Below the pieces are notes generated by a model that searched no databases, was not told where the DNA came from, and worked only from the letters and a program-made list of their open reading frames with translations. Positions 37,751 through 48,976 of a stretch of DNA of 64,000 nt are shown in pieces. A program made the position numbers and the translations under genes. Within the stretch, counting starts at the first letter, position 1; each line of letters starts with the position of its first letter. Source of the stretch: Candidatus Iainarchaeum sp. (GTDB lineage Archaea; Iainarchaeota; Iainarchaeia; Iainarchaeales; JAFCCW01); assembly GCA_017609985.1 (NCBI GenBank), contig JAFCCW010000010.1, positions 1,765 to 65,764 on the forward strand, read 5' to 3'.

Positions 37751-39868
37751 ATGCCAAAACAAAAAATAATAAACAAGGTTCTTTCTGCAAACAATTTTCC
37801 TTCTTTTAATCCAATGCAGGAAAAGGTTGGCAATAACTCAAATTTTAACAAGAGCCTTGTTGTTTCTTCTCCAACTGCTTCTGGCAAGACAGTGGTTGCA
37901 GAACTTTTCTCACTCTATTCAATTCTTGTTCAGAAAAAGAAAGTTATTTACACTTGTCCTTTGCGCGCTCTTGCTTCGGAGCACTTTCGCGATTTCAAGA
38001 AAAAATATTCTGATTTAGGAATTCGCTTCACTGTAAGCACAGGCGACTTTGACTCAACCAGTAAATATCTCTCCAATTATGATTTAATTTTCACAACCTA
38101 TGAAAAGCTTGATTCTCTTCTCCGGCATCGGGCTGACTGGCTTTCTCAGGCTGGCTTGCTTGTTGTTGACGAAGTGCACGAGCTTGACTCGGACAGGGGA
38201 GCAACACTTGAAATGGTTATTACAAAAATGCGTTCCAATTCTCGCCTGCTTTCAGTTCTTGCGCTCTCAGCAACAATTCCTAATGCAAAAGAACTTGCTG
38301 ACTGGCTTGAAGCAGGTCTTGTTGAAAGTGATTACAGGCCTGTTAAATTAGAGGAGGGAGTCCAACACAACGGTTATGTAGAATTTCCTTCTGGCTCCAA
38401 GCTTTTTCTTAATAACTTGTCTGACCCAATTCATTCTCTAACCCTTAACACTCTCTCTCTTGGAAAGCAGCAGCTTGTTTTTGCTAACACGAGGAAACGG
38501 GCTGAGTCAATCGCAAACCAGCTTGCGCCCAAGGTTTCAAAAACTCTTTCCAAGGAAGAAATTGACTTGCTTGAAAAAAAATCAAAAAAGATTCTTTCTG
38601 CTCTTGAACAGCCGACTGAACAGTGCAAAAAACTTGCTTCTCTTGTAAAAGAGGGTGTTGCTTTTCATCACGCTGGACTTGTTCAAAAACAAAAAACAGT
38701 TGTTGAGGATTCTTTTCGAGAAAATCTTATCAAGCTAATTTCTTCTACTCCCACGCTTGCTGCTGGAGTCAATCTTCCAGCACACACTGTTGCTATTCCT
38801 TCTCTTTACAGATACACGTTTTCCGGAATGCAACGCATTCCTGTTCGTGAATACAAGCAGATGGTGGGCAGAGCTGGCAGACCAAAATATGACAAGCAGG
38901 GCAGAGGAATTGTTTTTGCAAAAAACGAGTTTGAAGCAGAAGAGTTGATGCAGAACTATGTTCTTGGAGAGCTTGAAGAAATCCAGTCAAAGCTCGGAAT
39001 AGAACCTGTTCTTCGCACTCACCTCCTTGCATTGATTGCTTCCAACTATGTTTCAAGCCTTGATTCTGCTGAAAAATTTTTCTCAAAAACATTTTTTGCA
39101 AAACAGTTTTCCGGAGCAAGCGAACTCTTTTCAATGATTTCTGATATTATTGCCGAGCTTTCTGAAATAGGTTTTGTGGAAAGCAATGAAAATAGTTCTG
39201 GTTTCAAAGCAACTGCTCTCGGCAACAGGGTTTCAGAACTTTATCTTGATCCTATTTCTGCAAAGCAGATGATTGATTCATTGCCTGAACTGGACGGCAG
39301 AGGAAAAGAGTTTGCAATGCTTTTTTCTCTTTCAAACACTTTCGAATTTGCGCCCTGGGTTTCTGTCAGAAAAAATCTTGAACCAGTTATCTGGGAAATG
39401 ATTCAGGAAAGGCAAGAGCATCTTCCAATAAATCTTGAAACTGAAATGTATTCTGATCCAAGTCTTCTTCAAAAATTTTATTCTGCTCTGCTTCTCGAAC
39501 AATGGGTTGAGGAAAAAGGAGAACAGGATATAATGAAGGAATTCAATGTTCAGCCAGGAATCCTTCACGCAAAACTCATGCGCTGTGACTGGCTTGCTTA
39601 TTCTCTCAGCGAACTCGCTCGTCTGACAGAAAACAAGCGTTTACTGAAACCACTTCATGTTCTGAGAAAGCGCTTAAAGCACGGAGTAAAAGAAGAGCTT
39701 GTCATGCTCACAGAGGTAAGGGGAATTGGGCGAGTAAGAGCAAGAAGACTGTGGAGAGCAAAAATCAGGTCTGTGTCTGATCTCAAAAAGGCTGACGAGC
39801 AAGATCTTGCAAGAGTTGTGGGTGCAAAAACAGCTGTTTCAATCAAAAAAAGTATTGGGCAAAAATAG
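37751..39868 (+). CDS. hel308: Ski2-like DNA helicase Hel308/Hjm
   Basis: PTASGKT, DEVH, LSAT, FHHAGL, TLAAGVNLPA, QMVGRAGRP, C-terminal HhH GIGRVRAR. Confidence 0.93.
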   Translation: MPKQKIINKVLSANNFPSFNPMQEKVGNNSNFNKSLVVSSPTASGKTVVAELFSLYSILVQKKKVIYTCPLRALASEHFRDFKKKYSDLGIRFTVSTGDFDSTSKYLSNYDLIFTTYEKLDSLLRHRADWLSQAGLLVVDEVHELDSDRGATLEMVITKMRSNSRLLSVLALSATIPNAKELADWLEAGLVESDYRPVKLEEGVQHNGYVEFPSGSKLFLNNLSDPIHSLTLNTLSLGKQQLVFANTRKRAESIANQLAPKVSKTLSKEEIDLLEKKSKKILSALEQPTEQCKKLASLVKEGVAFHHAGLVQKQKTVVEDSFRENLIKLISSTPTLAAGVNLPAHTVAIPSLYRYTFSGMQRIPVREYKQMVGRAGRPKYDKQGRGIVFAKNEFEAEELMQNYVLGELEEIQSKLGIEPVLRTHLLALIASNYVSSLDSAEKFFSKTFFAKQFSGASELFSMISDIIAELSEIGFVESNENSSGFKATALGNRVSELYLDPISAKQMIDSLPELDGRGKEFAMLFSLSNTFEFAPWVSVRKNLEPVIWEMIQERQEHLPINLETEMYSDPSLLQKFYSALLLEQWVEEKGEQDIMKEFNVQPGILHAKLMRCDWLAYSLSELARLTENKRLLKPLHVLRKRLKHGVKEELVMLTEVRGIGRVRARRLWRAKIRSVSDLKKADEQDLARVVGAKTAVSIKKSIGQK

Positions 39869-39947
39869 GTTTTTGTTTTTGTAATGCAAGTCCTGATTCA
39901 ATCCGCAACTTTTATTAACTCAGTTTAGTATATAGATTAGGGATTCT

Positions 39948-42900
39948 ATGGGCAAACAAGGCACAAGCACTGTTGTGAACAAGTTAAAGAAAGCCTATTT
40001 CTTTTTTGAGGACAAATATTATTCCCTGCTTGACAAAGTAAATGAAAAAATTCCTGTTTACAAAGTTATTGACCCAGTTGACAACTATGTTCCTTCCTTC
40101 ATTGTTTTGATTCTTCTCTTTCTCTTCATGCTTTTGTTCTTTTTTGCGCTTTCTCCAGGCATAATTCAGTTTGTTTCCTCTCTTTTTCTTGGGCAGGGTT
40201 TTTCTGCACACATTCTTGTTGTTGACGAGGGAAACACTGCGCTTGAAAATGCAAATATTTCTGTGCTTTTTGAGGGAGGTGAATTCCAAGGTGAAACAAA
40301 TGAATCAGGCCGAGTTGAGCTTTCAATTCCCTCTCGTCTTGTTGAAGCAAGCCTTCTTGTTGAAAAACAAGGCTTTCTGGATTTTGAAGGAGTTGAATCA
40401 ATTGAAGCTGACACTGAAACAGAGATTACTCTTAAGGCAGTTGGCTCTTTAACTGGGCCAAGTAAAACAATTCAGGTTCTTGACAGCAAGTCAAACAAGC
40501 TGTTGTCTAATACAACAGTTCGCTTTTCTTTTGACTGTTCAAGTTCTGTTTCTCCTCCCGCGCCCCAAACCACGTCAACAGGCAAAGTTATTGTTTCAGA
40601 AACACTTAACTGCGGAACTCTTCTTGCAACAGTTTCTGCTTCCGGCTACTATTCTTCAAAAAACTATCCTGTTACAAAATCTTTTGAAACAATTCGTCTT
40701 TCTCCAATTGAAGACGAACCCGAACTTAATTCAATTCTCTATGTTTTTGTTCAAGAAAAAGACTACAATGCTGTTTCTGGAGCAGAAGTAAAGCTTTTTG
40801 ATTCATTCAATTCTCTTGCAGAACAGTCTGCAACTGATTCATCTGGCTCAGCAGTATTTGAGGGAGTTATGCCTGGAACCTATACAGTTCGAGTTTCAGA
40901 GGGTTCAAGACTTGAAGAACGGGAGGTTTCGCTTCAGCCAGGAAGCACGGAAACAATTTCTTTTATTCTCTCCGAAACCCAGCCTGATTCAGAGGACGAG
41001 GGAAAAAAACTGTTTCTCAAATTTGTTGACTCTGAATCTGATGCCCCGCTTCAGGGCGTAAGAGTCCAGTTTTATATCAATAATTCAATTGAATCTGTTT
41101 TCACAACCTACAGCAATGGCTTGTTTGAAAAAAAAGATATTCCGATTGATTCCAATGCTGTCATCTCAATAGTTGCTTGGAAACAGGGTTATGTGACAAA
41201 AATAATTCTTGAAGAAAATCTTATCATAATGGACAATAGCAAGGATACTCCTCAAAAAATAATGTTTCATGCTTCAAACGAGCAGAATTCTGGCACAATA
41301 GAGATTGCAGTAACTGACTATGACACTGGAAACGAATTAGAGGGAGTTGAAGTATTTCTTTTCAATGAATCTAATCCGGAACAGCCACTTAATCTATTGC
41401 CTTCCACAACAGACAGAGGTGGCAGAATAGTTTTTGAAGACATGCCTCCTGATTCCTATTTTGCAAAAGCAAGGCATGAAGAAAAAGAAGGTTTCTCAGT
41501 TCACGAGTCTCTTGCTCCTGGCTCTATTCTTTCGCTTGAAATAAGTCTTGTTCTTTCACAAGGAATTGTAAATGTTTTTGCATTGAATGAGTATTCTGGC
41601 GACGAGATTCAAAGAGCACTTGTTCAAATATTTCAAGTAAACCAGGATTCTTCCACTGAACAAATTCAAGAAGGTGAAACAAACGAGGATGGAGAATACT
41701 CTTCTTTCGGAATTGACTCGGACAAAACAGTGGTTGCTCGTGTTTCAAAACAGGGTTATCTTTCCTATCTTTCTCCTGCAATTGACATAATTGGAAATGC
41801 AGAGCACGAGCTGTTTGCTTTTTTAAAACAATCAGCTAACTTTGATTCTGATTCAAATATTGTTCTTGAGCTTGAAGGAGTTTACTCTGACTCATCCACT
41901 TCTCATCTAGTCAACAAGATTGTTTCAGGAAGCAGTTATTTTCTCAAGTTTGACTTGGTTGTTTCAACAGACAAGCCCTGTTCTGACCTCGTGTTTCATT
42001 CAAGAGCAGGCAATGACTCTTCTCTTGAAAGAGAAAGCGTTGACTATGTGATTGACTTTTTCAGGCTTGACAAGGTTTCTGCTTCTGGCAATCCATTGAT
42101 TGTTTTCAGCAAATGCTTTTCTCCAGATTCAGTGTTTTCAAGCCCTGTTTCCTGCTCTGGGTCAGATGACTCTGCTTCCGTGACCATGAATGCAAAACAG
42201 GCAAATATTTACTGGGGCATTGCTCAGCCAAAAACAGTTTACTCAATAGTTCTTCCTATTTTCATTGAACAAAACTTGCCGGATGGGACAAAAGCAGATG
42301 TTAGATGGCGAGCAAAGGCAGTAATTGACGGAAGTGAATTCGAGACAACAGAATTTATGAGAAGCTTTGTAATTGGAGAAACCTTCTGTGTAAACGATTG
42401 TCCTGCCTTCTTATGGGATTTTATTCTTGTTAACGGAGAAAACAGAGAAAGCCTTGACTCTTTTAACATTGAAAATCCATTTGCTCTGGAACTATCAAAA
42501 GATTATGTTCTTGACTTTACTGTTCAAAACACTAGTAAAAAAAGCTTTAGCAATGCAACTGTTTCACTAGAAAATTTATCTCCCCCTGATTCTGAAACAA
42601 GTCAACAGCTATCCTCCTCGTCTCTCTCAATTAGTTCTCCTTCCCAACCCCATAATATTATTAATTCACAATTTCCTGCTGACTCGGAAATTTCAAGCAA
42701 CAACTCAGCTGGTGCAAGTGCAGTGGAATTTTCCGCAGTTCAAGAATCTGCTTTAACAACTTTGTCTCTTTTATACTCAACAAGCCCTTCAATTGAAGCT
42801 GTTCCTCCAATTATTTATTTCACAGTTGAACCGCAGGGTTTTCTTGAGTTTGAAAACCTGCCAGAGGAAGTTTCTCCTTCTCTCTCCCAGATTGTTTCAG

Positions 42901-44972
42901 GAACTGTGATTGCAGAGAAAGCTGATGGAACAAGAAGTCCTGTTTCAAATTCTCTTTTATTGGTTGAGATTGATGGAACCCCGGTCCTGCTTCCTGACAA
43001 TCTTGCTTACTCTGAAGATCAGGGAGAATTTTCAATAGAATTTGTTGAAGATGCTTCTTTTGCTCTAACTTCAAACCCTATTGTTCTTGAATCACTTGCA
43101 AAAGATTCAATTAAACTAACTGCAACAGCTTCTGGATTTTCTTCTGCGGAAGCAACAGTTGGCGTGGGAGAAAGATATGTTTTTGACCCATCCTATGACT
43201 GCATTCTTGTAGAACCAGCCGAGATTGAAATTGAAACAGGTTCTTCTTCCCAGCTCACTGTCACTGCAGACAACTGTTTTGAATCAGTTGAAATAGTTAT
43301 TGCTTCAGATTTGCCAGTTTCTCAAACTTCTTTCAATCTTTCTGAAAATGAGTCAAAAACAATTCGCATCTCTGTTTCAGAAGAAACAGTTCCTGGAATT
43401 TACACTTCACTGGTTAAAGCAAGATTTGAATCTGATGTGAGTTTCTTCAATGCAAGTTCTTTCCGAAGCCTTGTTTCTGATCCAGATTCCTGCTTTGAAA
43501 TAAGCAAGTCAAGCTTTGATTTTACTTCCTCTGAAACAGACATTGCCACAATCACAAACAAATGTTATCAGTTTATTTCCGATCAATGGATTCCGCGCTA
43601 TTCAATTGACAATTCACGCGTTGAACTATCCTATCAATCCAATCAGCCTGACAGCCCTGTAACTTTCCAATGGTGGTTTGAAGCAGACTTAGTAGAACAC
43701 ATTGAAATGGGAACACAGGATGGAGAAGTAGGAGAAGCTGACGATCCAAATCAATCAGCTTGGGGAGACTGGGCATCATGGCCTTGGCAAGAAGTGATTG
43801 ATCTTGGAGCTGAGCGACCCTGCGTTGGTTTTGTTTCAGATTTTAGGGGAAACTATCGCTACGAGCACGGAGCCTGCAAATACGACTATAACTCAGGCAA
43901 ACTTTTGGGAAAGGCACAGCAGGCAAACGTGAGATGTGGCTATGCCTGTGTTGACAGCTACAACGAAGAATTTGTTGAAATGGATCAGAATGTTGGGGGC
44001 TACGATGACCGTCAAAAAAGATACACTTATGAATGGGTTCCTGTCACAAGGAATGGAGAGGAAGTAAACATTGGAGCTAACAGAAACTGTGTTGCTTTCA
44101 TTAACAATTTTGACGCTGGCTACAGATACAATTCCGGAGGCTGTAGATACAATTCTGTTTCAGGGGATATTGAAGCATTTACTTCACAGGACTTGATAGA
44201 ATGCGGTTATGTCTGTGTAGAAGACGGCTTTTCAGGAAACTTTGTTTCAGGCTATACTGAAGAGATTGACAGGGTTGACAGTATACAAAGTGGAGATATT
44301 CCTGCCTGGAGAAACATTGGAAGCGTTTGGGATTCTCACACTTGGATAAATCTTGGAAACATTGAATTCTCTGACACTAGCGAATGTGTTTTGTTTCCTT
44401 ACCTGTACAGACAGCGTTATAGATATCAGACAGCAGAATGCAAAGTTGTGCCAACAGGGGAAGTAATTGGGAGACTTGGAAACAATACTCTTTCATGTGG
44501 TTACTTGTGCGGTTTAGGTTCTGTTGGAGAAGTTCCAATTTACTGGGATGATGGCATAAAAATTCCAGTTCACTATTCTGGACAGGACAGTGAAGAAGTG
44601 TTCTCTTCATCAATCGAACCAAAAAGAAATTTCATCTACCTGGTTATGGGCGATGTTTCTTTTTACGAAGTTGACAGAAGCAAGATTTTAGAGCACGGCA
44701 AAAGAGACCAATCAAATTCCTATGTTCTGGAAACAAGTGTTTTGCCGAACCAGTTTTCTTATTTTTCAGACCCGGTTGTCAAGCTTAAAACAAACAGGGA
44801 AGATATTGTTGTTTGGCAGGAAGGAACAAGCATTTATGCAAAATTCGTTGGTTCTGAAGAAGATGAGGACAATTCTCAAGCAACAGAAATTGTTTTGAGG
44901 GATGTGTCTCTTGACACAACCCAGTCTGCTTTCATTAAAGCAGAGGATTATTCGCAGGGGTTGGAGCAATGA
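39948..44972 (+). CDS. giant surface protein with carboxypeptidase-regulatory-like beta-sandwich repeats and three Cys-rich modules
   Basis: N-terminal TM; repeated GETNESG/TDSSG/TDRGG/TNEDG motifs; 1674 aa, acidic and Ser-rich. Confidence 0.75.
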   Translation: MGKQGTSTVVNKLKKAYFFFEDKYYSLLDKVNEKIPVYKVIDPVDNYVPSFIVLILLFLFMLLFFFALSPGIIQFVSSLFLGQGFSAHILVVDEGNTALENANISVLFEGGEFQGETNESGRVELSIPSRLVEASLLVEKQGFLDFEGVESIEADTETEITLKAVGSLTGPSKTIQVLDSKSNKLLSNTTVRFSFDCSSSVSPPAPQTTSTGKVIVSETLNCGTLLATVSASGYYSSKNYPVTKSFETIRLSPIEDEPELNSILYVFVQEKDYNAVSGAEVKLFDSFNSLAEQSATDSSGSAVFEGVMPGTYTVRVSEGSRLEEREVSLQPGSTETISFILSETQPDSEDEGKKLFLKFVDSESDAPLQGVRVQFYINNSIESVFTTYSNGLFEKKDIPIDSNAVISIVAWKQGYVTKIILEENLIIMDNSKDTPQKIMFHASNEQNSGTIEIAVTDYDTGNELEGVEVFLFNESNPEQPLNLLPSTTDRGGRIVFEDMPPDSYFAKARHEEKEGFSVHESLAPGSILSLEISLVLSQGIVNVFALNEYSGDEIQRALVQIFQVNQDSSTEQIQEGETNEDGEYSSFGIDSDKTVVARVSKQGYLSYLSPAIDIIGNAEHELFAFLKQSANFDSDSNIVLELEGVYSDSSTSHLVNKIVSGSSYFLKFDLVVSTDKPCSDLVFHSRAGNDSSLERESVDYVIDFFRLDKVSASGNPLIVFSKCFSPDSVFSSPVSCSGSDDSASVTMNAKQANIYWGIAQPKTVYSIVLPIFIEQNLPDGTKADVRWRAKAVIDGSEFETTEFMRSFVIGETFCVNDCPAFLWDFILVNGENRESLDSFNIENPFALELSKDYVLDFTVQNTSKKSFSNATVSLENLSPPDSETSQQLSSSSLSISSPSQPHNIINSQFPADSEISSNNSAGASAVEFSAVQESALTTLSLLYSTSPSIEAVPPIIYFTVEPQGFLEFENLPEEVSPSLSQIVSGTVIAEKADGTRSPVSNSLLLVEIDGTPVLLPDNLAYSEDQGEFSIEFVEDASFALTSNPIVLESLAKDSIKLTATASGFSSAEATVGVGERYVFDPSYDCILVEPAEIEIETGSSSQLTVTADNCFESVEIVIASDLPVSQTSFNLSENESKTIRISVSEETVPGIYTSLVKARFESDVSFFNASSFRSLVSDPDSCFEISKSSFDFTSSETDIATITNKCYQFISDQWIPRYSIDNSRVELSYQSNQPDSPVTFQWWFEADLVEHIEMGTQDGEVGEADDPNQSAWGDWASWPWQEVIDLGAERPCVGFVSDFRGNYRYEHGACKYDYNSGKLLGKAQQANVRCGYACVDSYNEEFVEMDQNVGGYDDRQKRYTYEWVPVTRNGEEVNIGANRNCVAFINNFDAGYRYNSGGCRYNSVSGDIEAFTSQDLIECGYVCVEDGFSGNFVSGYTEEIDRVDSIQSGDIPAWRNIGSVWDSHTWINLGNIEFSDTSECVLFPYLYRQRYRYQTAECKVVPTGEVIGRLGNNTLSCGYLCGLGSVGEVPIYWDDGIKIPVHYSGQDSEEVFSSSIEPKRNFIYLVMGDVSFYEVDRSKILEHGKRDQSNSYVLETSVLPNQFSYFSDPVVKLKTNREDIVVWQEGTSIYAKFVGSEEDEDNSQATEIVLRDVSLDTTQSAFIKAEDYSQGLEQ

Positions 44973-45673
44973 ACAAAACAGCAAAAATAGCATTGTCTGG
45001 AATAGCATTGATTTTCTTGCTTGTCTCAGCACAGGCTCTTGTTTTTTCATGGGAGTACTCTGTTGAAGATTCAGAGCTTTCAATTTCTTTTTCAAATGAC
45101 TCTGAAGATAACTCTGTTAGCTCTGTTTCTGAAAAAATCAATGTGGAGTATTTTATTGTTGAGGAAGGAATGTCTCTTTCCACACTTTCAGCAAGCGGAA
45201 CACTCTCTGGCAAAAAAGAATTGTCTGAGACAATCAGTCTTGCAAAAAAGAATTATTCAATAATTTTCACAGACTTGTCTGCAAAAAAACAGTTTTCAGA
45301 AAAAATTTATCTTGCAGGGCTTAAAGAAAACTCTTTGCTTTCCTGCTCTGAATTAGGCGGAATTGAATGCGAGCAGGGAATGCTTTGCAGAAAAGAAATT
45401 GACTCTGCTAAGACAATCAATACAGACAATAGAGACAAAACAGACGAAAAAAGCAATGTTCTTACAAACTGCTGTCTTTCATCTTGTTATTATCCTGTTT
45501 CCAAAAAAGCTTTTTGCCCTGGTTTTCCAGAGAGTTTGTTTGGTCAGATTTTCCTTGCTCTGGGAATTGCATTTGTTTTAGTTGTTTCTTTTGCTGGATT
45601 CAGATACTGGAAGTTGAGGCAAGAGAGTGTTGAATCAGAAGGAAACCAGGAAGAAGGTGATTTTGTTGAATAA
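44969..45673 (+). CDS. secreted protein with Cys-rich knot and C-terminal TM
   Basis: signal peptide, CSELGGIEC...CC, PGF before the TM helix. Confidence 0.7.
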   Translation: MNKTAKIALSGIALIFLLVSAQALVFSWEYSVEDSELSISFSNDSEDNSVSSVSEKINVEYFIVEEGMSLSTLSASGTLSGKKELSETISLAKKNYSIIFTDLSAKKQFSEKIYLAGLKENSLLSCSELGGIECEQGMLCRKEIDSAKTINTDNRDKTDEKSNVLTNCCLSSCYYPVSKKAFCPGFPESLFGQIFLALGIAFVLVVSFAGFRYWKLRQESVESEGNQEEGDFVE

Positions 45674-47651
45674 AAAACTTTTATTTCTTTTCCTGATTTC
45701 CCTGCTTGTTTTCTCAGCCCCAGCATCTGCTGATGAACTTCCTGATGGTGAGCTTCCGCCAGGAACTGAACTCCCTGATCAGCAGGCAACAAATGTTTTC
45801 AATCCAGAACTGGTTGTAATGCCTCCTGTTGACACAATAATTCCTTTCAAGAGTGCTGAAAATTCAAAGGAAATTATTCTAATCTGGACTATTAGAAACT
45901 TTGGCGAGGTTCCAATGAAAATTACTCAAGCAAGCGTAACCGGGTGCGGAGAAGGATTTTCCTGCAGTATTCTTAACACTATTGAAGAAATTCCAATTGT
46001 TTCAAGAGCTTCAGGGCTGGAGGCTGGTTCTGAACGGCTTTACGCAATAGTGCGTGTTACTGCTACTCGACCTTTAGGAATTCCTAAGGCCGCAGAAATT
46101 GGTTTAAGGTTCAGTTATAGTGAGGACTCTGATTTGTTTGAAGCAGCTGGTGATGTATTCATTGAACCAAAAACATTTCCTTCTGAAAGACAGGACAAGA
46201 ACATGCATATTTCTGTCACAAGCGTTCTTTTCGAGGAACAATTATTCAGAGTAGAACTCTTAAAAGAGGGTTCTTACGAAGGATACTGTGTTGGAGCTAA
46301 TGGTGCTATTGGTTCAACTGGAGAAGAAGCTCTTCCAAATATTCTTCTAAACTGGAGCTGGCAAGGAATTCCTTTTGACTTGTGTGACAAAAATATGAGC
46401 AAAAAACCTGTTTACTGTGATGCAACCCAGTTTTCAATAAGTCTTGCAAAAAAACTTGAGTTGATTGAAAGACTTGATCCGCAGGATTCTGCTCAAGCCT
46501 CTGAAATATCTAATCTGACACAATTCCATTCCTATATTATAGCTGACTCTTTTACTGGAGACTTCCAGCAAGACTTCGCCAGCTATTTCATTGAAGACTT
46601 TGCGCAGGCACCAGATTATTTCAGAAACTATTGGCACAAATATTTTGAAAATCCTGAAAGGCTTGTTTTTAATAGCCAACAACTTGAAGCAGGAATTTAC
46701 AAAATTAGCATAGACTTTGATTTTGAACAATCAAACTGGGATTTTTTCGATTCTGCGGGAGAACCTATTGCCACAATAAATATTAGTTTTGAAAAACAAT
46801 CTAATCCGTTCCCTGATAGCATATTTTATCATATTCCATTTAATGGCTCTGTTGGACTTTCTTCTGAAAACGGAAGACAAGGTTATGGAATTGGTTACTC
46901 TGGAGAAACAATAACAATTTCTGAAATAGAGTCAGGTCAACTTGTTTCCTCGATTGAATCAAGCGGAGCAAAAATGTTTGCAACATCCAAAGTTTCTGAC
47001 TTCAAAAAAACAAATCTTGAAAACAGGGGAAACCTGCTTTCAATTAACCTGCCTCTATCTTCAACTGGCTCAATTTATCTTGCTCCATCTTATGCAAATC
47101 CAGTACTTCTTAAGATTTCAGAAAAGGAAAGCAGAGCAGAAGCTTTCTATCATATTCTCAAAAACCAGGAAAGAATTGAGGGTCTGTCATATGGTTCGCT
47201 CTGGACTGGGGTTGCCTCAAGCTTTGAAGATTGTAAAGACTTTTATGAAGCAAGCCTTTTCAGAAACAGGCAGGATTCTCCTCCATTAGCAGGGAGCTGT
47301 GCTTCTCAATCATCTGAATCACTTGGATTCAGATGGAATTCTGTTCAACCAGGAACACTGTTCCTTGAAACAGTGTTTTATGTTCCAGATTCAGGTTCTT
47401 TCATTCTCTCAAATTCTTGCAGACAAACTGATTCAGTTTTCTATTCAATTCAGGACGGACCAGCAGACAACATAATGCTTAATTATGGTGTTGCTCCTGA
47501 TTCAATTTCACAAGTCTTTGAACTAGTAAAACAGGAAAAAGTCTGCGTTTCCACTTCCCCAGAAAGCACTGACTTTTGGTGGAATGAACAAGAAGTATTG
47601 AAGGCTTTTGATTCAGTAAAAAAAACAGAGATTCCTTTCTCTTGTGAGTAA
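45666..47651 (+). CDS. large secreted hypothetical protein
   Basis: GGTGA RBS then TTG, signal peptide ending APASA, YCDATQFSI segment. Confidence 0.7.
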   Translation: MNKKLLFLFLISLLVFSAPASADELPDGELPPGTELPDQQATNVFNPELVVMPPVDTIIPFKSAENSKEIILIWTIRNFGEVPMKITQASVTGCGEGFSCSILNTIEEIPIVSRASGLEAGSERLYAIVRVTATRPLGIPKAAEIGLRFSYSEDSDLFEAAGDVFIEPKTFPSERQDKNMHISVTSVLFEEQLFRVELLKEGSYEGYCVGANGAIGSTGEEALPNILLNWSWQGIPFDLCDKNMSKKPVYCDATQFSISLAKKLELIERLDPQDSAQASEISNLTQFHSYIIADSFTGDFQQDFASYFIEDFAQAPDYFRNYWHKYFENPERLVFNSQQLEAGIYKISIDFDFEQSNWDFFDSAGEPIATINISFEKQSNPFPDSIFYHIPFNGSVGLSSENGRQGYGIGYSGETITISEIESGQLVSSIESSGAKMFATSKVSDFKKTNLENRGNLLSINLPLSSTGSIYLAPSYANPVLLKISEKESRAEAFYHILKNQERIEGLSYGSLWTGVASSFEDCKDFYEASLFRNRQDSPPLAGSCASQSSESLGFRWNSVQPGTLFLETVFYVPDSGSFILSNSCRQTDSVFYSIQDGPADNIMLNYGVAPDSISQVFELVKQEKVCVSTSPESTDFWWNEQEVLKAFDSVKKTEIPFSCE

Positions 47652-47721
47652 AGATAATCCTGCTCTTGTGACAAAAGATAAAGAACAAAGATAAAAAACA
47701 AGTCTCAAAATTCAGATAACT

Positions 47722-48453
47722 TCAGATAACAAAAACAACAATTAACAAAATCAGGAACAGAATAAGTGTCTGAAGCCGAAAATCTTTTTTGATTCTTTCA
47801 ATAATTCCTGAGCCAGACAAGTTTTTATTCTGGCTTGCTGTTTTTTCTCCAGCTATCTTTACTACGTCTCCGCCATACTCTATCCATTTTTTTGGGTCAC
47901 AAAGCTCTTGCAGGGTTTCCCTTGCAAGCTCTGCATATCCTTTTTCTTTTTCAGGAATGCTTTCAAGACCAAAAATCTGTCCTGTTGAGGCATTCAGAAC
48001 AAGGCTTGTTTTATTGCTTTCAACATCTGCCAGGATATGCCATTCTGGAAAGTAAACAAGCTTAATAGATGAAAGAATTATGTCTTCTTTTTCACATTTG
48101 TTTTCAGAAGCAAGCTTTGCTTTTGCAATTTTTTCAACACTCTCTTGTTCCAGAAAAGTTTTCTTTAATGTAAAATCAGTTTCTTCAATGCTGTTGGTAA
48201 GGGAATCTGAAAATTTTTCAATTTCTTCTCCAAGTTCTTCACTAAAACTTCGGGTAACTGCATTAAGTGCAATAATTCCGTGAACTTCTTTTTCTTTAAA
48301 AATGTCAAAGTGAATAAGATAGAATGGAGTTAGAACAAGTTCTTGTTCTTCAATTTGGAACAATTTTTTTGTTTTTTCAATGTTTTCTGAAACAGTGTTC
48401 CTTGCTTCCTCTCGAGAAATAGATATCGGGAGTGAAGGATTTCCAAGGAACAC
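47722..48453 (-). CDS. hypothetical protein with C-terminal TM
   Basis: internal duplication (ALNAVT / LNASTG), 243 aa. Confidence 0.65.
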   Translation of the reverse strand: MFLGNPSLPISISREEARNTVSENIEKTKKLFQIEEQELVLTPFYLIHFDIFKEKEVHGIIALNAVTRSFSEELGEEIEKFSDSLTNSIEETDFTLKKTFLEQESVEKIAKAKLASENKCEKEDIILSSIKLVYFPEWHILADVESNKTSLVLNASTGQIFGLESIPEKEKGYAELARETLQELCDPKKWIEYGGDVVKIAGEKTASQNKNLSGSGIIERIKKDFRLQTLILFLILLIVVFVI

Positions 48454-48468
48454 TTTTCAGCCCTCTAG

Positions 48469-48828
48469 TCATTGATCTTCTTTTTTCTTAATGATTTTAA
48501 CCTTGCTTGGAGTAATCAAGACTCTGTCCTGTGAAATCCTTGCAATGTCTCCGTCAATTCCTTCTATTCCAGTTTTTATTTCGCTTACAAGCTCTTTCAG
48601 CTTTATTGCGTTTCTTTTTGACAAAAACTCTATGTTCAGCAGAATAATGTTTCCTGCCTTTGTTTCATTCAAAACCAGTGCAACATCTTCTTGTTTTTCA
48701 AGAGTAAGAGGCTTTACAAAAGCATCTGCGTCCTCGTAAAGTGTTTCATCTTCTACGTCTAGATTGTTTAAAAAATCCTCAATATCTATTCCTTCTTCTT
48801 TTTTCAAAACCTTGTCCAAAAAAGCCAT
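48469..48828 (-). CDS. sepF: cell division protein SepF
   Basis: GNIILLNI, GDIARIS, VLITPSKVKI. Confidence 0.88.
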   Translation of the reverse strand: MAFLDKVLKKEEGIDIEDFLNNLDVEDETLYEDADAFVKPLTLEKQEDVALVLNETKAGNIILLNIEFLSKRNAIKLKELVSEIKTGIEGIDGDIARISQDRVLITPSKVKIIKKKEDQ

Positions 48829-48976
48829 CGAAAAACCACCCCGTCCTGTAAAAAGACCTTTCTAAGTAATTCCCCCAATTACAGTTTTTAATTATATTGT
48901 TGGATTTTTCTGGTTTTTCCTGTTATTGTTTTCAAATTGGGCGGGTTTTTAATTAACTTCCGGTAATAATAGTTCT

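Noticed and set aside
48829-48976. Replication origin next to cdc6
   Set aside because: Only about 150 bp between divergent genes; no repeated ORB elements recognisable by eye (just a partial TTCCGGT).
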